From NCBI GenBank assembly GCA_965234725.1, contig CBDDUX010000077.1, positions 1-42,757 on the forward strand: DNA of 42,757 nucleotides, written 5' to 3'. The notes under the pieces were generated by a model, which was not told the DNA's origin, searched no databases, and saw nothing but the letters and a program-made list of their open reading frames with translations. Below, piece by piece: positions 11,214-21,062 of this stretch. The number at the start of each line of letters is the position of its first letter. Positions within the stretch are counted from its first letter, which is position 1. The DNA comes from Thermoplasmatota archaeon (GTDB lineage: Archaea > Thermoplasmatota > Penumbrarchaeia > Penumbrarchaeales > Penumbrarchaeaceae). Both the position numbers and the translations under genes were made by a program.

Positions 11214-11474
11214 TTATTTCTTCGATTCCTTTTCTGCTTCCAGTTTTTCCTTCTCGTGCTTCTCGAAGGTCAGACGGGCCTTTTCCTTTCTTCTGATGCT
11301 AATCTGGGCAATCCTTATCTTCTCCTGATATTTGTGCCGTGCCTTTGCCCACTGGTCCTTATCTATCCTGCCAGATTTATGAAGCTCCCTGGCCTCCTGG
11401 ATCTTGTCTTCATGTTTCACGATATCCTGTCTGAGCTTTTCTATGTCCCTTGTTAGCCTGTCGATCTTTCCCAT
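11214..11474 (-). CDS. Small basic coiled-coil hypothetical protein
   Basis: 86 aa, highly charged and helical. GAGGTG RBS upstream. Tightly packed between ftcD and trmY. Confidence 0.7.
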   Translation of the reverse strand: MGKIDRLTRDIEKLRQDIVKHEDKIQEARELHKSGRIDKDQWAKARHKYQEKIRIAQISIRRKEKARLTFEKHEKEKLEAEKESKK

Positions 11475-11483
11475 GGATCCACC

Positions 11484-13145
11484 TCAGAGCATCTTATCAA
11501 CATTCCTTAATATCTCCGCCAGTAGTTCATCCTTTCTGGTGATGAAACCTTCGATACGGGTCCTGGTCTCATTTACAAAATCCGGGTCCTTTATGGATCC
11601 CAGGTTGATCCTTACATTAAGAACAGCACCGTCAAGACCTGATGCAGCCATCTCGGCTCCAACAGCAGCATCCGTGATCGAGTTGGGATTTCCGAGAAGT
11701 GAAACAGGAATCGCAGATTCCATAACTTCCAAGCAATTCTCAGCGGTTTCAAGGGGAGTGGAAATTGCCTTCTTGTATCCAACCTGGATCATATCGGATC
11801 GGATGGTCTTTTCCTCATCCGTCTCTTTTGGCATCCTGAAGGCCTTCATTACATCAGTGAAAGCTTCAGTGTCCTCATCCACAAGTTCCAGAAGTCTCTT
11901 TTTTATTGGTATGATAACTGTCTGGACCTTCTCCATCTCATCCCATGACTCCCTGTATTTTTCCTTTCCGACTGTCAATCTGCATACCATTTCCAGCAGA
12001 GATGCCCCTAGTGAACCAGATAAAGCGGCAACACTTCCCCCACCTGGAGCAGGTGAGGAGGACGAAAGCTCCCCGATGAAACCCTTCAAGGTCATGGAGG
12101 CAAGCTGGCCAACCTCTTTGACCATTCTGTCTATTACCTTCTCGTCCGTATTGAATTCATATAACTGGTTCAGACCCAGTTCATCGAGTGAAAGTCCTAT
12201 GAGCTTCTCATTTCCCAAAGCTGTCATTCCCTTTCTCTCCGCATAGAACATACCCGCTTTCAGCAATGCTTCCTCCGGGACCAGACCAACTATCTCGGAC
12301 CCTGTCACGATAGCACCGAGACTCTCAGCCTCTTTCTTGCAGGCTTCATAAGCTTCGTGAAGGTTCGTCTCCTGGAAATCCAGAAGGTTCATGGATACCT
12401 GGGCGATGTCATCGTTGTACATCATACCGCCACCCTGGACCGATCTCAGGTAGCCAGGTATCCTGACAGGTTTGCCGTTCTCACCTATTACCTTCTCTCC
12501 GTTTTCATCCTTCTTGATAACACCTGTAGACCTTATTCTGCCTGCGATCTCCGAGGCGATGGATTTGTCATTGGTCCCGATATTGACATTATATGCTATC
12601 AGGATCTGTCTTGACCCTGTAGCGAATGTCCCCGACCTTGGAACGAATACCGGATCTCCAAAATCCGGATGGAATCCAGGGTCCTTGAACTTCTCGGAAA
12701 GGGCCTCATATTCCCCCTTTCTGATGTCAGGGAGCCTGACCCGTTCAGGTCTAGCTGCGGAATTTGCATACAGGAAACCCGGGACTCCCAGTTCATTCCA
12801 TACCCTCTCTCCGAACTTACGTGCGATCTCAGTGCATTCTTCGAAGGTAACACCTTTGATAGGTATGAATGGACAGACATCCAATGCACCCATCCTTGCA
12901 TGCTCACCAGAATGCTTCGTCATGTCGATCAGGGAGAGACCTACCCTGGCAGCTCTGAAGGCGGCCTCCAAAACATCTTCCGGACCCCCAACGAACGTGA
13001 AGACGGTCCTGTTGAAATCCGCACCTGGATCAACGTTCAACAACTTGATCCCTTTCACACCAGAGATTGCTCCTGATATTGCATCCAATACCGTTTGGTC
13101 CCTTCCCTCACTGAAATTGGGGACACACTCCACTATCCGTTCCAT
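11484..13145 (-). CDS. ftcD: Bifunctional glutamate formiminotransferase / formiminotetrahydrofolate cyclodeaminase
   Basis: 'IVECVPNFSEGR', 'HSGEHARMGALDVCPF', 'AQVSMNL', 'SEIVGLVP', and cyclodeaminase 'PAPGGGSVAAL' and 'AVLNVRINL'. ATG 13145 is preceded by a GAAGGTGA RBS. Confidence 0.95.
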   Translation of the reverse strand: MERIVECVPNFSEGRDQTVLDAISGAISGVKGIKLLNVDPGADFNRTVFTFVGGPEDVLEAAFRAARVGLSLIDMTKHSGEHARMGALDVCPFIPIKGVTFEECTEIARKFGERVWNELGVPGFLYANSAARPERVRLPDIRKGEYEALSEKFKDPGFHPDFGDPVFVPRSGTFATGSRQILIAYNVNIGTNDKSIASEIAGRIRSTGVIKKDENGEKVIGENGKPVRIPGYLRSVQGGGMMYNDDIAQVSMNLLDFQETNLHEAYEACKKEAESLGAIVTGSEIVGLVPEEALLKAGMFYAERKGMTALGNEKLIGLSLDELGLNQLYEFNTDEKVIDRMVKEVGQLASMTLKGFIGELSSSSPAPGGGSVAALSGSLGASLLEMVCRLTVGKEKYRESWDEMEKVQTVIIPIKKRLLELVDEDTEAFTDVMKAFRMPKETDEEKTIRSDMIQVGYKKAISTPLETAENCLEVMESAIPVSLLGNPNSITDAAVGAEMAASGLDGAVLNVRINLGSIKDPDFVNETRTRIEGFITRKDELLAEILRNVDKML

Positions 13146-13309
13146 TTGTTCACCTTCCACGGTCCTTTCATCGGCCTGAGGGTCCTGGATGGGCCCTAAT
13201 AAGAAATGTCATAGATAAACCCATCCCGGAAGTTTCACTGGTCCTTTTTCATCATTATTCGATGAGCGTTCAATAAAACCTTTTTAAGGAGAGTCCCGAA
13301 TTGAGGTGC

Positions 13310-15781
13310 ATGAGAAGGAGATCCTTTCAAAAAGGGATGGGGACATGGAAAATCGGACCTATCCCGCTTTTGGTCCTGTCGATCCCCATCATGATCATAC
13401 TGTCAGGGATCGGCTGGATCCTGCCGATGGAAATATGTCTGGGATCCTATACCGAACATGTAGTTACGCGGGAAGCTCCCGCTGGATACTATCGGATCGC
13501 CCAGGCCGTTTCTGATTATCCTGGAATTGTTGTGCAGAACGGTTCATCATATGATATTATGTCAAGTCTTTCCCTTCCCGCTTCCAAATCATTGTATCTG
13601 GGTCCGGGAGAGAACCTGCAGTTCGCTAGAGGAGCTTATATGAACCTATCCGCTCCTCCTTTCTTCGAAGGTTCCGAGGAACCCCTCAAGTTCTCTCCCA
13701 TGAAAAATGGAACCTTTTGGGGTGGTATCAACATATACGAGGCTGATCCCACTACCATCCCGATCTTTCACAGGGTATCGATATCTGGGGCAAAGATCGG
13801 GATCAGAACGAGCGGTGGAGCCGATATTGAAGTCACAGGGTCCTCATTCCAGAACTGTGAACGTTCCGGAATAGAGGCGTTTGGCCCTACATCAGCTGGG
13901 ACCTCCGTAACCATAGAGGATACGTCATTCACTTCATGTGGGAATTACGGGATCCACTTCAGCGAGATATCCTCAGCTTTGATCGTCAATGTATCGGCAT
14001 TTGAATGTATCACGGGTATCAGGGCATTCAAGTCCCAGCTACTTCTTGAAGATTCCAACCTCCTTGACTCATTTGCTCTGGGGCTCTCCCTTGTTAACTC
14101 CGAAGCTACCATCTCCAGGACCGTTGTGAATGAAACAGAAGGAAGGAGCACGACTGCAACTCATCAGATCATATCCCTTAACTCCTCCTTGATATTGGAA
14201 GATTCCTGGATCGATGGCGGCAAACAATGCATCCTCCTCCAACAAGGTTCTGACATGGAAATGAAGGGATCGACCGTAATGGGTGGTTTCACAGACTGCA
14301 TCCAGGCAATTGGGTCCAGTATCATTATGAATGATTCGAGGATCTCCGACGCTGTTGAAAGTGCTGTTCACATGGTGGATTCCACTCTTTGGGGAAAGGA
14401 CCTGGACCTGGATGATAACGGTAAGGGTACCGGTGATGTTGTCTACTCCACGCTTTATATGGACAGGTCACAGGCCCATCTGGAATCCTCTTCTGTTACA
14501 GGATCGGGTGATGCTCATTTTCACCTGAACTCCTCAAGGATCTCTATTGCCAATTCCACACAGGGTAATTTCGGAAACTACCCTATCATTTTACAGAGTT
14601 CCTCCTCTGCGGATTATATCAACTCCAGACCGCCTTCCGATGCCAGGTTCAAGGATATCCTGTCCTTCACAAGGTATTCCATTACACCAATGGTATCTAC
14701 CACATCCTACACCACAGGAGGTCCTTTGGAGAACGTTCAGGTGGATATCGAGGACAGAGAAGGAACCCTGATCGGTTCGTCCCTCACAGGAAGTGATGGA
14801 AATGCCGGACCTTTCCTTTTGAACGTATATACAAATACATCCTCGGGTACCATCAACCGTCTTCCCTTCAGAATACTGGCATCCTTGAAGGACCATGAGG
14901 TCTCTGTCCTGGATATGGACACCCCTCAGATAGAGATGGAAATGGTCCTCTTCCCGCCCAACTCACCTCCTACATTGAACCTGGTCTCACCTGTAAACGG
15001 AACGATCGTGGATGGAAATGTGGTGGTCCAGGGTTATATATCCGATGATCTGGACATCTTCAAATTGAGGTACAGGGTGGACCAGAGCTCGTATTTCACC
15101 ATGGATCTTGGGTCCGTGGGAGAGAATGGTTATTTTGAGATCTCATTGGATCCTGGAACATTGTCAAAAGGAGAACATCAACTCTGGATCCATGCTTTTG
15201 ACGGGTCCCACCTCTCCACACCGGAGATCAGGAGGGTGATCTCCAATACATCAGGTCTTGATGATTCTGACAGTGACGGCATCCCGGATATCCTGGAGGA
15301 TCTCAATGGTAATGGAGAGGTTGATGAGAACGAGACCGATCCCGAAGATCCGGACACAGATGATGACGGTCTTCTGGATGGGATCGAACTGGATGATTCC
15401 GATGGTTTCACAACAGATCCTCTGAAAGCAGACACTGACGGAGATTTCATCCTTGATGGAACAGAAGATGCCAACGGAAATGGTAGATTGGATGAGAACG
15501 AGACAGACCCTAACAATAGTGATACGGATCAGGATGGAAGATCGGACCTTGATGATCTTTACCCCCTTGACCCGGAAAGATGGGAGGACCCTGACGAAGG
15601 GAACGAGGGGTCGTCTATTATCTTGGTCCTTGTGGTGATCATATTCGTTCTGGTCCTTATACTCGGATATGCCCTTTACCAACGCTTATCCATACCTGGT
15701 GGTTCCACCAAGGAAGATATTCCCGAAAATGGAGATCCCTCGAATTATCGGAGGAGAGGGAGGGGTCCGAATAGAGAATGA
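13310..15781 (+). CDS. Membrane-anchored surface protein: right-handed beta-helix, Ig-like domain, DxDxDG Ca-binding (TSP3-like) repeats, C-terminal TM
   Basis: Parallel beta-helix pattern, 'PNSPPTLNLVSPVNG' Ig domain, repeated DSDSDG/DTDDDG/DTDGD motifs and TM 'IILVLVVIIFVLVLILGYALY'. AAAACC-TTTTTAA (BRE/TATA) at 13275-13287 supports ATG 13310. Confidence 0.8.
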   Translation: MRRRSFQKGMGTWKIGPIPLLVLSIPIMIILSGIGWILPMEICLGSYTEHVVTREAPAGYYRIAQAVSDYPGIVVQNGSSYDIMSSLSLPASKSLYLGPGENLQFARGAYMNLSAPPFFEGSEEPLKFSPMKNGTFWGGINIYEADPTTIPIFHRVSISGAKIGIRTSGGADIEVTGSSFQNCERSGIEAFGPTSAGTSVTIEDTSFTSCGNYGIHFSEISSALIVNVSAFECITGIRAFKSQLLLEDSNLLDSFALGLSLVNSEATISRTVVNETEGRSTTATHQIISLNSSLILEDSWIDGGKQCILLQQGSDMEMKGSTVMGGFTDCIQAIGSSIIMNDSRISDAVESAVHMVDSTLWGKDLDLDDNGKGTGDVVYSTLYMDRSQAHLESSSVTGSGDAHFHLNSSRISIANSTQGNFGNYPIILQSSSSADYINSRPPSDARFKDILSFTRYSITPMVSTTSYTTGGPLENVQVDIEDREGTLIGSSLTGSDGNAGPFLLNVYTNTSSGTINRLPFRILASLKDHEVSVLDMDTPQIEMEMVLFPPNSPPTLNLVSPVNGTIVDGNVVVQGYISDDLDIFKLRYRVDQSSYFTMDLGSVGENGYFEISLDPGTLSKGEHQLWIHAFDGSHLSTPEIRRVISNTSGLDDSDSDGIPDILEDLNGNGEVDENETDPEDPDTDDDGLLDGIELDDSDGFTTDPLKADTDGDFILDGTEDANGNGRLDENETDPNNSDTDQDGRSDLDDLYPLDPERWEDPDEGNEGSSIILVLVVIIFVLVLILGYALYQRLSIPGGSTKEDIPENGDPSNYRRRGRGPNRE

Positions 15782-15791
15782 TAGGGACCCG

Positions 15792-16406
15792 ATGATATCA
15801 AGACCCTTGGATGGTCTGGTCATACTTGGAACGGTCAAAGGCCTGGTGAAGGATGCTGCCATCGCTGAAAGGATATTCATGGAGACTTCCCCCAAAGCTG
15901 TTGCCCTTCATATTTCACCTGAGGAGCTGAAAGGTCTGGAAGCGGTAGTCAAGGGTAAGATCAAGGAAGTCCCCTTATCATCCTACGAGATGGTATATGC
16001 AAAGAAACTATCGGTTTTCGGTGAAGTGCAGGTCCCATCACCCGCACTCGTTACAATGATGAAGAGCGCTAAAAAACACAAGATCCCTGTTCTTCCACTC
16101 GATATGGATGAGGAAACATACTCGGAGGTCTATATAAGGACCATCGGAGGCCTTTCCATGGTTTGGACATCATTGAGGTTGAAAAGGGTCAACAGGAAGA
16201 AGTTCAAGGCAGGATCGCCCGAGGAATTCTCCCTTCAATGGGACAGATACGTCAACAGAAAGACCTATCAGAGATTGGAACGCCTTAGAGAGGAACATAT
16301 GGCAGAGGAGATCAAGAAGTTCCTGACCGATCATAAGCCCCTGCTTTGCATAGTTGAAGTGGAGAGGTTCGAGGGGATAATAGGGTCACTTCAAAGGGGT
16401 CATTGA
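15792..16406 (+). CDS. Conserved hypothetical protein, possibly TraB/GumN-like fold
   Basis: 'LVILGTVKG', 'PKAVAL', 'IPVLPLDM', 'REEHMAEEI' and 'LLCIV' follow the TraB layout but lack the usual His residues. The start is uncertain (ATG 15729 or 15792). The 15669 start overlaps the upstream gene by over 100 nt. Confidence 0.55.
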   Translation: MISRPLDGLVILGTVKGLVKDAAIAERIFMETSPKAVALHISPEELKGLEAVVKGKIKEVPLSSYEMVYAKKLSVFGEVQVPSPALVTMMKSAKKHKIPVLPLDMDEETYSEVYIRTIGGLSMVWTSLRLKRVNRKKFKAGSPEEFSLQWDRYVNRKTYQRLERLREEHMAEEIKKFLTDHKPLLCIVEVERFEGIIGSLQRGH

Positions 16407-16502
16407 CCCTGGACCCTCAGCTGAGATTTCTCTTGCGGGATAATGGTTCAGATACTATGAAGTATTAAAAAGTTGGATTCATTTTAAAAGAGGTCGATCT
16501 AT

Positions 16503-18887
16503 ATGGATGATGATTCAGGTTATTTCTTCTTTCAAAGCCCCTGGAAGAACATCTTTCTATGGCATTTCATGGAAGTTGAAAGAGAGGCCCTTATTGTCAC
16601 TCCAGCAATAGACATGGATATTCTGAGGAAGATACAGTCAATTCTGATCGCAAGATCCGATAGAGAACTAGAGGTCAAGATCCTGTTGAGGATGTCGGAA
16701 AGCGACATACTTCTGAGGAGTATCGATCCGGAGGCCATCAGGATACTTGCACTTCTCCTTCAGGAACCCAGGTCGAAGATCCAGATCAGGTTCGCTCCCA
16801 ATCTCTCACTTACTGCCATGGTCCTTGACAACAGGAAAGCACTGATGGCCACCGGAGATCTGACCTCATCTTCCCTTCTTGAGGAGCTTAACTACGGTCA
16901 ATTGATGACAGGAGAAGACCTTGTATCAGCTTTCAAGGAAGACCTGCTTGAAATGTGGAAAGGGGCTCATCAACCCACATCAAAAGAGATGATCTCCTTC
17001 ATGGATGACCTTCGAAACAGGATAGAGCTCCGCAAGGACCTTGTATTCGAGGATCAGGATAAGGGGATCGAATTCTCTGATGATGAGTTCATAACCATTG
17101 GAAAGTCACTGGGACCGCTGGGGAAGGACAGACAGGAACCACACTTGGACGAGATCAAGAAGATCATCAAAGAGCTCTTGATGAGAGCCAGGGATGCTGT
17201 GGAAGATGATAGGGCCCAGGCAGCACTTTTCTATCTGGAGGAGGGCCTCGCCCTTGACAAGGACAACCCTGACCTCCTGATGGAGAAGGGTAAGGTCCTG
17301 TTCTCAGTTCAAAATGAAATAGATGAGGCTCAGGTCTGCTTCGATAAGGTCCTTGACCAGGATGAAGACAGTATGGAGGCTTGGGCCTTCAGCGGAATGT
17401 GCCATCATGAAAGGGGAGACCTGGAGGATGCTCTGTATGCTTTTGACCAGGCTACGGATATAGATCCCTCCCACCATCCTGTATGGATCAGGAAGGGCAT
17501 GATACTGGGAACTATCAAAGGTAGGGAGGAGGACGCCCTTAAGTGTCTCGAATATGCCCTTTCAAAGGACCCCTACAACGAAGAGGCCTGGTACCACAAA
17601 GCTTCCATCCTCGATCAGAGACTTTCCAGGATGGAGGAGGCGATCCTAGCTTACAGAAGCCTTCTCAGGATAAATCCAAAGAATGTGATCGGTTCTTTCA
17701 GAATGGGTCTTCTCTCATACAAAAGACTTGATAACGTTGAAAAGGCCAAGAAATATTTCGATAGGGTCGTTGAAGCGGCTCCCGATCACAAACAAGCCTG
17801 GATATTCAAAGCCGAGATCGCTGAAGAAGTGGATGAAGATCCTGACCAGGCCCTGGAATTCTATGAGATGGCCAGGGAGCATCATCCTGATTCTGCGGAC
17901 ATACTGGCAAAGGAGATCTCACTTCTGATGAAGCACAGGAAGAAGTTCAAGAAGGCCGTGGAACTTTCCGAAGAACTCCTTGAATTGAATCCGGATGATC
18001 CACTGGCCTCCTATGTTTCGGGTCTTGGGGCATTACGGATAAGGAACGATCCGATGAAGTCTCTGGAACTCATTAACGGATCGCTCAAAAAGGATCCTTC
18101 CTTCAAACAAGCGATCCTGACCAAAGCAAATATACTGGCTGAATACCTCAACAGGGCCCAGGATGCGGTCAACCTTCTGAAGGTTGCGATTCAGAAGAAT
18201 GAATCCGATCCGGAGCTATGGATGGAGCTCGGAATCACCTACTTCGATTTCCTTTATGATCCCAAGGAAGCACTGGTATGTTTCGATATGGTGACCAGGC
18301 TGGACAAGAAGAGCAGTGATGGTTGGTTCAATAAAGGAATGGTCCTTTCCAGGGGATTCGACAAACACCAGGAAGGATTGAACTGCCTTGACGAGGCCAC
18401 AAGGTTGGATGACAGTAATTACCTTGCCTGGTCAGAAAAGGGAAGGATACTCTTCAAGATCTACAATATGGTAGATGATGGAATGAGGTGCTATAACAAG
18501 GCCTACTCAATCGAGAGTGAGGACCCCGAGGTCCTCTCCGCCCTGGCCCTTGTATATAGAGCCAAAGGAGATATGGCCAAGGCGGAGGCATTGTATAAAG
18601 AAGCCATTGAGATCGGAGGGCCCAGCATGGAACCCATGTTCGGACTTGCAGACCTGCAGGTTTCCATAGGTGATATGAACAGTGCTCAATCCACCCTGAA
18701 CATTGCTCTCCAATCAGATCCCAATAGTGAAAAGATCTGGATGTTGAAGGCTGATACTTTCAGGAATGGCGGAGAACTCGGAAAGGCCATAGAATGTTAC
18801 AAGAGGGTATTAAGGATCAATCCTGACCATCAGGATGCTTTGAACAGGAAGACCTCCGTGGAAGCACAGTTGGAAAGGATGTCCTGA
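16503..18887 (+). CDS. Degenerate PLD-superfamily N-terminal domain fused to a long TPR array
   Basis: Residues ~1-155 follow the single-domain PLD nuclease layout (SPW..., IVTP, NLSLTAMVLD...ATGDLT...L...NYG). Residues ~220-790 carry about 15 TPR-like repeats (AW..KG/A, A...Y..AL...P). Confidence 0.8.
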   Translation: MDDDSGYFFFQSPWKNIFLWHFMEVEREALIVTPAIDMDILRKIQSILIARSDRELEVKILLRMSESDILLRSIDPEAIRILALLLQEPRSKIQIRFAPNLSLTAMVLDNRKALMATGDLTSSSLLEELNYGQLMTGEDLVSAFKEDLLEMWKGAHQPTSKEMISFMDDLRNRIELRKDLVFEDQDKGIEFSDDEFITIGKSLGPLGKDRQEPHLDEIKKIIKELLMRARDAVEDDRAQAALFYLEEGLALDKDNPDLLMEKGKVLFSVQNEIDEAQVCFDKVLDQDEDSMEAWAFSGMCHHERGDLEDALYAFDQATDIDPSHHPVWIRKGMILGTIKGREEDALKCLEYALSKDPYNEEAWYHKASILDQRLSRMEEAILAYRSLLRINPKNVIGSFRMGLLSYKRLDNVEKAKKYFDRVVEAAPDHKQAWIFKAEIAEEVDEDPDQALEFYEMAREHHPDSADILAKEISLLMKHRKKFKKAVELSEELLELNPDDPLASYVSGLGALRIRNDPMKSLELINGSLKKDPSFKQAILTKANILAEYLNRAQDAVNLLKVAIQKNESDPELWMELGITYFDFLYDPKEALVCFDMVTRLDKKSSDGWFNKGMVLSRGFDKHQEGLNCLDEATRLDDSNYLAWSEKGRILFKIYNMVDDGMRCYNKAYSIESEDPEVLSALALVYRAKGDMAKAEALYKEAIEIGGPSMEPMFGLADLQVSIGDMNSAQSTLNIALQSDPNSEKIWMLKADTFRNGGELGKAIECYKRVLRINPDHQDALNRKTSVEAQLERMS

Positions 18888-18936
18888 CCGACCTGCTCTG
18901 GCAACATTAATTAGTGGTTTGGTGCATTGCGGTCGC

Positions 18937-19671
18937 ATGGATGAGAAGGAGTGGGGGGGTTCCTTCGGGGTCTCACAGCTTGACAATATAACCCTTGGAA
19001 CCTTGACGCCGGGCACAATGGGAATTTTTTACGGACCCCCGGGAGCCGGAAAGAGTTCCGTTCTGGTACATTTCCTATTCCAGGGGGCTAAAAAGGGTAA
19101 CAACGTATGCCTGATCACCTGCGAACCCCCGTCCACCATTGCCTCCCGGATAACACAGTTTACAGATTGCAACCAGAAATGGTTGAGGGACGGCTATATC
19201 TCCATCCTCAATCTCTTCGACCTTGCTAACATGATCGGTGTGGACCTGGGCAGGATGGAAGAAGGGGATGCGGACCTTCTATACGACCTCTTCGTCCAGG
19301 TAGTGGACCATCTGGATGCCAAGAGAGTGGTCATTGATCCTGTCAATCCTCTGACTCGGTCTCTCGGGTCAATGGGAATGACGAACTTCTTCCAGACACT
19401 GAAAGGAGACCTGGCCCATAGAGGTGTTATCTCCTTCCTCTGTTTCGATACCAGCAGGGACAGAGGCGATTGGGAGGACAATGAACTTTCACCCTACGAT
19501 ATGGATATAGTGATAAGGTTCAGAAAGGAGAGGGAACCTACATTGGTCCTCAATACACTGACAATAGAAAGGTGGAGGGCAAGTGCCCATGCAAGGAACT
19601 CATATGTCGTTGACATCTCAGATGATGGAGTGGTCCTTGTTCCACGAATCAAACCCCTGGAGGTCAGGTAG
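18937..19671 (+). CDS. KaiC/RAD55-family RecA-superfamily ATPase
   Basis: 'FGVSQLD..TLG', intact Walker A GPPGAGKS, 'ITCE' and Walker B 'RVVIDP'. TTAATTA about 24 nt before ATG 18937. Confidence 0.85.
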   Translation: MDEKEWGGSFGVSQLDNITLGTLTPGTMGIFYGPPGAGKSSVLVHFLFQGAKKGNNVCLITCEPPSTIASRITQFTDCNQKWLRDGYISILNLFDLANMIGVDLGRMEEGDADLLYDLFVQVVDHLDAKRVVIDPVNPLTRSLGSMGMTNFFQTLKGDLAHRGVISFLCFDTSRDRGDWEDNELSPYDMDIVIRFRKEREPTLVLNTLTIERWRASAHARNSYVVDISDDGVVLVPRIKPLEVR

Positions 19672-20250
19672 ATGATCATAAACGAGATCAAGGATATTGA
19701 TCATAAGACCCTGGGAAAAGGATCCCAACTCTTGATCCAGGTATCTGGAGAGAGATATCTCAAGGGTATCTCGGACCTAATATCAAGGCTAACCAAGGAG
19801 AAGGGTTCCAAAGGGATACTTCTGAGCACTCTATGGTCTTCAAATGCACTTTCAAGAAGGATAGGCCTCTCAAAACTTCCAAGAGGATCATTGAATGTGA
19901 TCGATACCATCTCATTATCACTCGGGTCCAAAGTGACAGGTGGTGAAGGATTCATCTTCCTGCCTACACCATCCCCTCTGGAATACATCCTTGTGGAGAT
20001 GGAGAGGCTCATCAGGGAATATGGAGACGATCTGAAATTCTTTGTCCTGGATTCCTTGACGGTAATTGACAGATATTATACCCAGGGACAGCTCAGTGAG
20101 TTCTTCCATTACCTGATGAACAGAATGCTGGAAGAGGAGATAACCGTGATCATCTTCGACCAATCCCCGGATGGTGTCCCCGGGATCGGGGCCCATCTAT
20201 CCTCCATAATGGACAGAACGATCAGGATCGGCAAGGAGGAGTTGAAATGA
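19672..20250 (+). CDS. Inactivated KaiC/RecA-fold protein (DUF835-like)
   Basis: No Walker A, but retains 'VIDTIS', 'PTPSPL', 'FVLDSLT', 'FFHYL' and 'MDRTI', typical of degenerate archaeal KaiC-like proteins. GGAGGT RBS. Confidence 0.7.
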   Translation: MIINEIKDIDHKTLGKGSQLLIQVSGERYLKGISDLISRLTKEKGSKGILLSTLWSSNALSRRIGLSKLPRGSLNVIDTISLSLGSKVTGGEGFIFLPTPSPLEYILVEMERLIREYGDDLKFFVLDSLTVIDRYYTQGQLSEFFHYLMNRMLEEEITVIIFDQSPDGVPGIGAHLSSIMDRTIRIGKEELK

Positions 20251-20996
20251 TGAGGATCCATGTAGGAGGTCAGGAGTTCTCAGACCTGGTCGGGTCCAGG
20301 ATAGGGGTCGGGAAATGCATACTCTTCAAGTATGGACCCGGAACCGGAGGTGATATGCTACTCAAGCAGTTCCTTTCCAGTACTGTTGAAGGCACCCATT
20401 CCATCTATCTGTCCACCCATGAGACCGAGGGAGAACTGCTCTCATCCGTTCGTGAACTGGGGCTTCCACCGGACCTTGAACTGATCTCGCTGCTTCCTGA
20501 CCTTACGGATGGGCTGGATGATGTGGTGAAGAAGGACAGGTTCAGAACCGATGGGATCATGGTAACGGACCTTCTGGAGGTCTCTTCGAATACACAACTT
20601 GGGCGAAATAGAAGGGACGGAGTGAAGAAGGTACTTGCCCAGGTATCTTCCGTGGCTCAAAAACAGATCCTTCCATTCAAACTTGTACTCGATTCCGTGA
20701 TGGACCTTGTAAGGAAGACCTCTCTTGATGAGGTCGAGGATCGTATCCAGATACTGAAAAAGGTGGTCAAGGAAAAAGAGGGAATTGCGATCCTTGCGGT
20801 TCCGCTCGGATTTGAGGGGCTGAAGGACATCGAAACGACCCTTTTCGATGCTATAATCACGGTTAGAGCTGACAAGTCCTCCGGGGCATGGAAGAGGACC
20901 GTTACCCTTGAGAATCTCAAGGGTTCCTCCATTCCTCCCACCGAATGGGAACTTGGACATTTGAGGAACATACAGACGGCGAAAAGCCTGAAATGA
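20247..20996 (+). CDS. RAD55/KaiC-like protein with degenerate Walker A
   Basis: 'YGPGTGGDMLLKQF' (the GK[ST] Lys is missing), 'IYLSTHET', 'LVLDSV', 'FDAII' and 'NLKGS'. ATGA overlap with the previous gene and a GGAGG RBS. Confidence 0.78.
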   Translation: MMRIHVGGQEFSDLVGSRIGVGKCILFKYGPGTGGDMLLKQFLSSTVEGTHSIYLSTHETEGELLSSVRELGLPPDLELISLLPDLTDGLDDVVKKDRFRTDGIMVTDLLEVSSNTQLGRNRRDGVKKVLAQVSSVAQKQILPFKLVLDSVMDLVRKTSLDEVEDRIQILKKVVKEKEGIAILAVPLGFEGLKDIETTLFDAIITVRADKSSGAWKRTVTLENLKGSSIPPTEWELGHLRNIQTAKSLK

Positions 20997-21062
20997 GGTT
21001 TTTACCTGAGGCATCCAATTTGAGGCAAGGATTTATATTATCTGCTTTCTGATGTTCATTTG

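Noticed and set aside
1980..13179. Long antisense ORFs (e.g. 6257-7006, 7092-7862, 11404-12246, 12472-13179)
   Set aside because: Shadow frames opposite well-conserved genes, with Ser/Leu/Phe-biased composition and no motifs.
19669..19674. In-frame TAG-ATG junction suggesting pyrrolysine/readthrough fusion of KaiC domains (similar TGA-ATG at 34167-34172 and TAA-ATG at 11216-11211)
   Set aside because: The downstream genes at 19672 and 34170 have their own SD motifs, and all three stop codons occur in such junctions. Ordinary translational coupling explains them, and no pyl/sel genes are present.
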